Part shown: piece after piece, positions 32,182-38,321 of the stretch | Numbering within the stretch: position 1 is the stretch's first letter | Layout of the letters: each line of letters begins with the position of its first letter | NCBI GenBank assembly: GCA_903825325.1 | Contig: CAIKAI010000044.1 | Location: forward strand, 1-46,064 | Direction of reading: 5' to 3' | Source: Candidatus Shapirobacteria bacterium | GTDB lineage: Bacteria > Patescibacteriota > Microgenomatia > UBA12405 | DNA length: 46,064 nucleotides | Notes under the pieces: generated by a model | Databases searched by the model: none | Seen by the model: the letters and a program-made list of their open reading frames with translations, nothing else | Told to the model about the DNA's origin: nothing | Translations under genes and position numbers: made by a program

Positions 32182-32188
32182 TAAGTTT

Positions 32189-32845
32189 TTACTGTATTTC
32201 AAAAACAACTGTTAACTTTTTTTCTACTTTAACGGTCTCAAAATTGGTATAAAATCCGGGTTTTTCGTTTACCGAACCTCCCAAAATTCCGTTATCATCG
32301 GAAATTGAAATTAAATTACCCACATTTTTACCAGTAACTTTAGCCAGCACTTCAGCTTTAACCCTAGCGTCTTTAATTGCTTCAGTGCGAACTTTCTCCT
32401 CAACATTAGCTGCATCTTTTGGAATAAAAGTTACTGCGCTAATTGAATTGGCCCCGTTAGTAAAAAGCAATCTAATCAGATCACTCGTTTTCGACACTGA
32501 TTTCGACTTAATGTTCATCGCACTCACCATAATAAATTTACCGTCACTTTGCGGCGATACTTGGTAGAAGCTCTTATTAATTTCGGCATCTTTTCCCATG
32601 GTGTTTAGGGTCAAATCCGTCAACCGTAACAAATTAGCTTCGCCACTCGCAATTGCATCACCTGCCGACGCTCCCGAACCTGCGGCCGTCACCACTAACG
32701 ACACTGAATCAACCGGCACCACCATTGATCCGTCACCCGTTACACCTACAGTTGTTTTTATCCTCCCCAACCACAGGTAACCTCCGACTAATAACAATGC
32801 CACCAACACCCCGGTTATCCAGGGCTTATTTTTAATAAAGTCCAT
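32189..32845 (-). CDS. SIMPL-domain (DUF541-like) envelope protein with N-terminal TM/signal
   Basis: 218-aa track ORF with hydrophobic N-terminus WITGVLVALLLVGGYLWL. SIMPL-like pattern: VGVTGDGSMVVPVDSVSLVV, then ISAVTFIPKDAANVEEKVRTEAIKDARVKAEVLAKVTGKNVGNLISISD. Its stop is 8 nt upstream of the giant-gene GTG. Confidence 0.65.
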   Translation of the reverse strand: MDFIKNKPWITGVLVALLLVGGYLWLGRIKTTVGVTGDGSMVVPVDSVSLVVTAAGSGASAGDAIASGEANLLRLTDLTLNTMGKDAEINKSFYQVSPQSDGKFIMVSAMNIKSKSVSKTSDLIRLLFTNGANSISAVTFIPKDAANVEEKVRTEAIKDARVKAEVLAKVTGKNVGNLISISDDNGILGGSVNEKPGFYTNFETVKVEKKLTVVFEIQ

Positions 32846-33155
32846 ATTAGATTTAATAAATAATTAAAAAATTGCTCGAATTTTAATAACACCTGCTATA
32901 CAGGTTACAAGCTTCAGTCTTAACTCTGTATCTAAATACGAATTAAAGACTAAATAATACTAGTGATCGCCTAACAACAGGTGTTTATTTTTTGTTTTTT
33001 CTATACTACTATAATAAGTAACTTAATGAATTCTACCTGTCTGAATCTCTCCTGTAAATATCACTAAATAGATCAAATATGTGGCAAATTGTTCCCTATC
33101 TTTAGGGCAAAAAACCATGAGATTTTTTTTAGAAATCACCCAAAAATAAACGTCA

Positions 33156-33623
33156 TTACATTTCTTTATAATTCATCGTAAACCCGTGGGTCAACGCCAC
33201 AGCTACTGCGTCCGCCGCATGCGACGGCGATATCGATTGATCTAGATCAAGGGTATTGCGCACCATTATTTCCACCTGTTCTTTTTCCGCCCGACCATAC
33301 CCTACCAACGCCTGTTTTACCTGCAATGGTGTATATTCCGCCGCCGTCAGTCCGTTTTTTTGGCCACAAACTTTAATTACTCCGATTGCCTCGGCCACTT
33401 TTAAGGCCGATTTAGCATTTTTGGCAAAAAACAAAGTTTCAATTGCCATTTCGGATACTTTAAATTTTTTAATGATTTCCTCAAGATCTTTATATATTTT
33501 TCCCAACCTGTCCACGCTACTTTTTTTATTATCCGTCAAAATCACCCCACACACCACCAATTTTCCTTCATCAATTATTCCGTAGCCAGTATTTTCCAAT
33601 CCCGGGTCAATTCCTAATATCAT
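33156..33623 (-). CDS. ruvC: Crossover junction endodeoxyribonuclease RuvC
   Basis: 155 aa. MILGIDPGLENTGYGII (catalytic Asp), MAIETLFF (Glu), SHAADAVAVAL C-terminal motif. ATGA overlap with the upstream gene at 33620-33623. Confidence 0.9.
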   Translation of the reverse strand: MILGIDPGLENTGYGIIDEGKLVVCGVILTDNKKSSVDRLGKIYKDLEEIIKKFKVSEMAIETLFFAKNAKSALKVAEAIGVIKVCGQKNGLTAAEYTPLQVKQALVGYGRAEKEQVEIMVRNTLDLDQSISPSHAADAVAVALTHGFTMNYKEM

Positions 33624-34414
33624 TGCACTAATTTAACATTATTTTCGCTTGTCCCATCGTCGTACATTACTACTTGGGTAAATCTCGGCGTTTCTGTGTT
33701 CCGGTCCTTAGTAATTGCCCCTACCAGCACCGTTTCCCAGCCGTCAATCGCATAATCCGAACTGTAGTGTAAATGACCCGAGTAAGCCATCTGCACGTTG
33801 TTTTTCATCAAAATGTTTTTAAGCCAAACCGCTTCCGACGCCGTCGCCGGGCTATATTCTCCCATCAAATGTTTGGAGAAGTTATTCACCAATGGCATGT
33901 GAAATGCCACCACACAGTGCATCACAACACAAACTTGTATATCATTAGCTATCCACTTTTTCTGCTCTTCACCTAACCCTTGCCAATCACTATTATCAAT
34001 TAAAATTAGTTTCCAATTACCTACTACCAGGCTCTGATACTTATTTCCAAATAGCCAAATTTTTTTATAAATATCATGGTTCCCCGGCACCACCAAATAC
34101 TTAACACCACTCTCATCTAACACCTTCTTTATATCCTCTTGCTCCTTTAATGTCCCATTAATTGTCAAATCTCCATCTACCACCACCAAACTATCACCCT
34201 CATTCTTCGCCATATCTAAAGCCTTCTTTAGCTCAGCACCATCATCATGTACATCCGCCATTACCGCCAATTTATAAACAATATTTTTTTCTGTCGTACG
34301 GAACGGTTTCAAACCGTTCCCTACATCCTCAATTTTATTTATTTTTTTTGGCCATAATAAAAACAATCCAATAATAATCAATCCCATTCCCAATATAATC
34401 CAAACCCGTTTCAT
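33620..34414 (-). CDS. Membrane-anchored calcineurin-like metallophosphoesterase
   Basis: 264 aa. TM anchor VWIILGMGLIIIGLFLLW. Motifs ADVHDD, GDLT, VPGNHD, AFHMP, SGHLH. The CDS contains an in-frame copy of the palindromic element (34294-34323, encoding GNGLKPFRTT). Confidence 0.85.
   Translation of the reverse strand: MKRVWIILGMGLIIIGLFLLWPKKINKIEDVGNGLKPFRTTEKNIVYKLAVMADVHDDGAELKKALDMAKNEGDSLVVVDGDLTINGTLKEQEDIKKVLDESGVKYLVVPGNHDIYKKIWLFGNKYQSLVVGNWKLILIDNSDWQGLGEEQKKWIANDIQVCVVMHCVVAFHMPLVNNFSKHLMGEYSPATASEAVWLKNILMKNNVQMAYSGHLHYSSDYAIDGWETVLVGAITKDRNTETPRFTQVVMYDDGTSENNVKLVQ
34294..34323. repeat. Palindromic element copy 1 (core GGAACGGTTTcAAACCGTTCC at 34300-34320), in-frame inside the metallophosphoesterase CDS
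   Basis: tcgtacggaacggtttcaaaccgttcccta. It is 29/30 identical to 34429-34458, with a 10-bp perfect inverted repeat. Confidence 0.9.
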
Positions 34415-34428
34415 AATTCTATTTTACA

Positions 34429-34458
34429 TCGTACGGAACGGTTTGAAACCGTTCCCTA
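34429..34458. repeat. Palindromic element copy 2 (core at 34435-34455), 21 nt upstream of the metallophosphoesterase start codon
   Basis: tcgtacggaacggtttgaaaccgttcccta, located in the divergent intergenic region between 34414 and murB. Confidence 0.9.
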
Positions 34459-34567
34459 TCAAAATTATAGGCCATCTAAAATCTTTCCCACTTTTCCACA
34501 CCACTAGCCCATATTACTTTATTCCAAGACTAATTGATCATTAGATTCCCATTTATAGGTAAATTTC

Positions 34568-34594
34568 GATTTTGGAGTTTGGATTTTGGAGTTT
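34568..34594 (+). repeat. Two tandem copies of the 13-mer gattttggagttt, directly upstream of the murB -10-like box
   Basis: Copies at 34568-34580 and 34582-34594, separated by 1 nt. A third exact copy lies at 37614-37626. Confidence 0.85.
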
Positions 34595-34598
34595 ACGC

Positions 34599-34604
34599 TA
34601 TAAT
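34599..34604 (+). promoter_or_regulatory. -10-like TATAAT hexamer 6 nt upstream of the murB ATG; suggests a leaderless or near-leaderless transcript
   Basis: The tataat consensus lies at 34599-34604 and the ATG at 34611. There is no Shine-Dalgarno sequence between them, and no convincing -35 at 17-bp spacing. Confidence 0.3.
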
Positions 34605-34610
34605 GTGTCT

Positions 34611-35669
34611 ATGGATCTTTCCGATTTCCAAACCAATGTCCCCCTAGCCCCTTATACCACTCTCAAAATCGGCGGCTCTGCCGAATACTTTAAAATCGTT
34701 ACCAAGCAATCCGAGCTTTTTGAAGTTTTAAAATTTGTTTCAAAACAAATTGAAGATTGTAGTTTGAAGATTGAAGATTTTCATCTCCTCGGTCTCGGTT
34801 CAAATTGTTTAATTTCTGATTCTGGTCTCTCCGGTCTAACTATCATCAACAAAGCTTCTCAAATTAAAATTAAAAATGAAGATTCTAGATTGAAGATTGA
34901 AGATTTTTCTGTTACCTACACTCAAAGAAAAGAAAATGACCCCGAAATTTATTTGGACTTTTCCAAAATCGACTATGATGAATCTGACTTGCCCACTCAA
35001 GAAGTAGTTGTCACTTCTGGAACATCTCTCCCTTATGCCATCAATTATTTAATTTCTCAAGGCCTCACTGGCCTCCAGTGGTTTTCCTACATTCCCGGGA
35101 CTATCGGCGGTGCCGTTTATCAAAACATTCATGGTGGCAAATACCATTTCTCAGATTATCTTGTTTCCGTTAAAGTCTTTAACCTAGACACTGGCAAAAC
35201 TGAAATTTATAAAAAAGTTGATCTTGATTGGCGCTATGAAACCTCTTTTTTTCAACAACACCCCGAACAAATCATCCTCTCTGCTCGCCTTCGTTTGTTC
35301 AAAGGTGACGCTCAACTCGCCAAGAATGTTGTCTCTGCCTGGGTTGCTCAAAAAATCAAAGTTCAACCTATGAATTCCCCCGGCTCTGCATTTGCCAATC
35401 CCTCTCTCGAAATTTGTCAAAAGATTTGGGGGGAACAAAAATCTGCTGGCTGGATTATTGACCACGAACTAAATCTTAAAGGTTTTCAAATTGGTGATGC
35501 CCAAATTTCCCTTCAGCACAGTAATTTTTTTATCAACGCTGGCCATGCCACCTCTGCCGATTACAAAAAATTGATTGAATACGTCCAAAAACAGGTTAAA
35601 GGCAAATTTGGATTTGACTTAATTCCTGAAGTAAAATTATTAGGCTTTGGTGGTAAGGAACGGTTTTAA
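34611..35669 (+). CDS. murB: UDP-N-acetylenolpyruvoylglucosamine reductase MurB, with in-frame repeat insertions
   Basis: LAPYTTLKIGGSAEYF, GLGSNCLISD, IPGTIGGAVYQNIHGG, PGSAFANP. I prefer ATG 34611 over the track's TTG 34572, because the preceding 13 residues (EFGFWSLRYNVS) come from a direct-repeat/promoter-like tract. Confidence 0.85.
   Translation: MDLSDFQTNVPLAPYTTLKIGGSAEYFKIVTKQSELFEVLKFVSKQIEDCSLKIEDFHLLGLGSNCLISDSGLSGLTIINKASQIKIKNEDSRLKIEDFSVTYTQRKENDPEIYLDFSKIDYDESDLPTQEVVVTSGTSLPYAINYLISQGLTGLQWFSYIPGTIGGAVYQNIHGGKYHFSDYLVSVKVFNLDTGKTEIYKKVDLDWRYETSFFQQHPEQIILSARLRLFKGDAQLAKNVVSAWVAQKIKVQPMNSPGSAFANPSLEICQKIWGEQKSAGWIIDHELNLKGFQIGDAQISLQHSNFFINAGHATSADYKKLIEYVQKQVKGKFGFDLIPEVKLLGFGGKERF
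34749..34781 (+). repeat. murB internal 33-nt direct repeat, copy 1 (encodes IEDCSLKIEDF)
   Basis: attgaagattgtagtttgaagattgaagatttt. It is 30/33 identical to 34875-34907 and in the same reading frame. Confidence 0.9.
34875..34907 (+). repeat. murB internal 33-nt direct repeat, copy 2 (encodes NEDSRLKIEDF)
   Basis: aatgaagattctagattgaagattgaagatttt, lying 126 nt (42 codons) downstream of copy 1. Confidence 0.9.
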
Positions 35670-35685
35670 ACCGTTCCTTACCACC
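35649..35685. terminator. Extended palindromic element copy 3: an 18-bp perfect inverted repeat between convergent murB and the permease gene; candidate bidirectional terminator hairpin
   Basis: ggtggtaaggaacggttt-t-aaaccgttccttaccacc. The murB stop TAA (35667-35669) sits at the apex. It shares the GGAACGGTTT/AAACCGTTCC core with copies 1 and 2. No clear U-tract follows on either strand. Confidence 0.5.
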
Positions 35686-35691
35686 ATGACT

Positions 35692-37638
35692 TTACTCATA
35701 CTTCAACGCGTTCAGTGCTGAGATTTGGCTCGCCCTCTTGGCCGGGTACCACCCCGTTATTACCCCTAAAATCAATGACGCGGCTAATATCCCCACCGAG
35801 AACCATCCATTCATTACAAATAAGTTCTGGCCGATTTGGGTGCTGTTAAACACTAGCCGATTTAGGATCCCTCCGATCACCCACCCCAGTCCTAGGCCGC
35901 CTATTCCTCCCACTCCCAGAATTAACACTGCTTCGGTCAACAACAATCTAGTTACATCCACATTGCTTGTTCCCATACTTTTCATCACGCCGATTTCCCG
36001 TGTTCTTTCCAATAACGACACTGTTAAGGTATTAAACATTCCTAGCAGCGCCACCACTAAAGCAATCGCCCCAAATGACCCCAATAAAAATCTAATAATC
36101 GCAAATAATTTGGCGATTTGCGCCAGCGTATCCACTACACTCCGTGTCGTCAACCCCATCGATTGAATTAACGATCGTACTTCTGGCAGTTGCTCTTCGG
36201 TTTTAGCCATCACCCTTACTAGTGAGTATTCTTTAATTCCTAAACTTTCCAAATCAGCCCGCGGCACCAAAATCACTGGCTTCTTAATGTCGTTGTACAC
36301 TCCTACCACGTTATATTTTTCCGGTTCCGACAATACCCGACCACTAATTTGTGGCAACACACTACTGGTAACTAAATACGACACCTCCACCTCCGACCCC
36401 AAAATCTTTTTATCGTCACTATTCCAGGCTTTTACCAATGCTTGGCTGACGATTATTTCTTTTTTATTCCCCTGCCACACTTTTATGGTCACATTATTAC
36501 TCACGGTATCCGTTTTCTTTTTGTCTTCCAACAACGTTACCAATTGCGCCGATTGAGTCGCCGTCCCCAATACCATCCCCTGACCACTTTCCAACATCTT
36601 TTCAATATCTTTGTCCACGGCCGACAATACATTTACGTTTTTCATATCCAAATAAACTTCTTTTTCTTCCTTAACATCGGTATAAACACCATCGCCCAAA
36701 CTGTCTCTAATTGGCATTTTTGCTTTGATCCACTTGCCTTGCAATTTCCCGTTGTTGGTTGCCACTCTTCCCAATCCTGAACTATCATCATAAACTCCAC
36801 CCCAGGCCACCTCACCCCGATAACTGTCTAAAATTGATCCGCGGATCCAACCCATCATCTTTCCCGTTGCCGCTGGTGCGTCGTAGGCGGGAATATATGT
36901 CTCATCTCGCAATCGAAAATCAATCGTCTCCGCTGGCATCGCCGACTCAGTCGCCACTCCGGCCACCTCACCTATTGTTTTTTGGGTAGCGTCTTTATTC
37001 AACAACTCTTGAATATCTGCCGTCCCATCATATTGTTTATCCGCTTCTTTTGAAAAATTTTTACCTGTCACAATTTTTATATCCGCCATCGCCAAATAAT
37101 TATTTGATAAGCCTGTTACCACCGTATCCACTTTCGAATTTTTATAAATTACCTGCCCCGCCAAATTAATCGCTTGATCCACTTTTTCGACTCCAGGTAT
37201 GACTTTGATTTTTCCCAAGACATCACTATTAATTTTTACCTTACTTGATTCCGAAGTTACCTCGGCCACTCGCAAGGCATCCGGCCAAATTATTTTTTGT
37301 GTCACCACTCCTTGCAGTCCGTAACCAAAAGACACTAACAACACCACTGCCCCAATTCCCACCGCCACCCCACCCACCGTCACCGCCATTTTTGATCGAC
37401 CTTTTACCAAGTTTCGATAAGCCAACCACATTGTTTGCTTCCAAGACAAGCTCCCCGACTGTGGTTTAATAATTTTTCCCAAATACATGAAATTCTCTTT
37501 AATTATCCGAATATGGCTTTTTATATCAATCAGTCTTCGATAATCATATCTAACTATACCAAAATACATCTTTTTCCCAATTTTCATCACTATTTTTTGG
37601 GTTTTGGTCTTTAGATTTTGGAGTTTATTAATTATCAT
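35692..37638 (-). CDS. MacB/FtsX-family ABC transporter permease with a large extracytoplasmic domain
   Basis: 648 aa. TM1 is MAVTVGGVAVGIGAVVLLVSFGYG, followed by an extracytoplasmic region of about 400 aa. C-terminal FtsX domain: LLERTREIGVMKSMGTSNVDVTRLLLTEAVLILGVGG. ATGA overlap with the ATPase gene at 37635-37638. An internal start (MYLGKII) cannot be excluded. Confidence 0.85.
   Translation of the reverse strand: MIINKLQNLKTKTQKIVMKIGKKMYFGIVRYDYRRLIDIKSHIRIIKENFMYLGKIIKPQSGSLSWKQTMWLAYRNLVKGRSKMAVTVGGVAVGIGAVVLLVSFGYGLQGVVTQKIIWPDALRVAEVTSESSKVKINSDVLGKIKVIPGVEKVDQAINLAGQVIYKNSKVDTVVTGLSNNYLAMADIKIVTGKNFSKEADKQYDGTADIQELLNKDATQKTIGEVAGVATESAMPAETIDFRLRDETYIPAYDAPAATGKMMGWIRGSILDSYRGEVAWGGVYDDSSGLGRVATNNGKLQGKWIKAKMPIRDSLGDGVYTDVKEEKEVYLDMKNVNVLSAVDKDIEKMLESGQGMVLGTATQSAQLVTLLEDKKKTDTVSNNVTIKVWQGNKKEIIVSQALVKAWNSDDKKILGSEVEVSYLVTSSVLPQISGRVLSEPEKYNVVGVYNDIKKPVILVPRADLESLGIKEYSLVRVMAKTEEQLPEVRSLIQSMGLTTRSVVDTLAQIAKLFAIIRFLLGSFGAIALVVALLGMFNTLTVSLLERTREIGVMKSMGTSNVDVTRLLLTEAVLILGVGGIGGLGLGWVIGGILNRLVFNSTQIGQNLFVMNGWFSVGILAASLILGVITGWYPAKRASQISALNALKYE
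37614..37626 (+). repeat. Third exact copy of the 13-mer gattttggagttt, at the ABC ATPase/permease junction and inside the annotated 5' end of the permease ORF
   Basis: Exact 13/13 match to the murB-upstream copies, in the same plus-strand orientation. Confidence 0.8.
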
Positions 37639-38321
37639 ATTTTCTCCTTTTCAATATAACCGTCTTTCATAAATATTCTTCGATCGGCCAACTTTAGAAA
37701 TGACTCATCATGAGTCACCATTAAAATGGTTTTACCTTCTTTTTTATTTAAGTTTACCAATAAGCTAATTAATTTTTTACCATTTTTACTATCCAAATTT
37801 CCCGTCGGTTCGTCGGCCACCACCATTTTTGGATCAACTACTAGTGCCCGCGCTAAACTTACCCGCTGTTGTTCTCCTCCCGACAAATCCATCGGTTTTT
37901 TATTGGCCATTTCTTCTAATTCCACCGTCTTTAATGCTGCCATCGCTTTCTCTTTTAATTCTTTTTGACTCAAATTTGCCAACATCAGTGGATAGGCCAC
38001 GTTTTCCCACACCGATAATGACTTAATCCAGTTACTTTGTTGAAAAACTATCCCCACATTGCGCCATCGATGTGCTGCCCGTTCATCTTCACTCATTGTG
38101 GCCAACCATTTATCCATCAAATGCACCCTTCCCCGGCTCGGGTCCTCCATTCCTAAAATTAAATGCAACAATGTCGATTTGCCACAGCCCGACGGTCCAA
38201 AAATAATCGCCATTTCCCCTTCCTTAATTTTTAAATTAATTTTTTTCAATACCCACACCCGTCGACTTCCCACCTTATATGACATCCCCACCCGCTTTAG
38301 ATCGACAATTATGTTGTTCAT
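37635..38321 (-). CDS. ABC transporter ATP-binding protein (MacB/LolD/FtsE-like)
   Basis: Walker A GPSGCGKST, Q-loop VFQQ, signature LSGGEQQRVSLARAL, Walker B VVADEPTGNLD, H-loop VTHD. ATGA overlap with the upstream giant gene at 38318-38321. Confidence 0.92.
   Translation of the reverse strand: MNNIIVDLKRVGMSYKVGSRRVWVLKKINLKIKEGEMAIIFGPSGCGKSTLLHLILGMEDPSRGRVHLMDKWLATMSEDERAAHRWRNVGIVFQQSNWIKSLSVWENVAYPLMLANLSQKELKEKAMAALKTVELEEMANKKPMDLSGGEQQRVSLARALVVDPKMVVADEPTGNLDSKNGKKLISLLVNLNKKEGKTILMVTHDESFLKLADRRIFMKDGYIEKEKI

Noticed and set aside
26441-31389. The longest plus-strand track ORFs in the region (30880..31389 at 169 aa, 26441..26926 at 161 aa) and similar ones (20363..20704, 17463..17768, 22613..22909).
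   Set aside because: They are antisense shadow ORFs of the giant minus-strand gene. They are low-complexity or hydrophobic with no recognisable motifs, and they occur where the sense strand is Ala/Lys/Glu-rich, which depletes antisense stops.
1-32181. The giant gene as a known giant-protein class: NRPS/PKS megasynthase, RTX/MARTX toxin, Rhs/YD-repeat toxin or Ig/cadherin-repeat adhesin.
   Set aside because: In the parts I translated I saw no C-A-T module periodicity, no HHxxxDG or phosphopantetheine GGxS motifs, no GGxGxD nonapeptide runs, no YD repeats and no long arrays of 90-100-aa Ig-like repeats. Only a full profile search can exclude these completely.
1-32188. The ORF desert in the track could mean non-coding DNA, a pseudogene field, or an alternative genetic code with a reassigned stop.
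   Set aside because: One minus-strand frame is completely open under the standard code and encodes canonical motifs. The flanking genes also read cleanly in the standard code. The desert is an artefact of the ORF caller needing an in-window stop.
33091-33110. The hairpin ccctatctttaggg downstream of ruvC as an intrinsic terminator.
   Set aside because: The stem is only 5 bp, and the T-run lies on the wrong side for the minus-strand transcript.
32846-33155. I looked for a tRNA, small RNA or riboswitch in the 310-nt intergenic region. It has a small hairpin (acctg-ctata-caggt at 32892-32906), a distal complement (aacacctg at 32889 with caggtgtt at 32977, followed by a T-run) and a plus-strand tataat at 33010-33015.
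   Set aside because: There is no tRNA-like T-loop or anticodon structure, the pairings are short and AT-context, and there is no downstream plus-strand gene. Support is insufficient to call an RNA gene or promoter.
34572-34610. TTG 34572 as the murB start, as given in the track.
   Set aside because: The extra 13 residues come from the gattttggagttt direct repeats and a TATAAT box. ATG 34611 gives a normal MurB N-terminus (MDLSDFQTNVPLAPYTTLKIGG).
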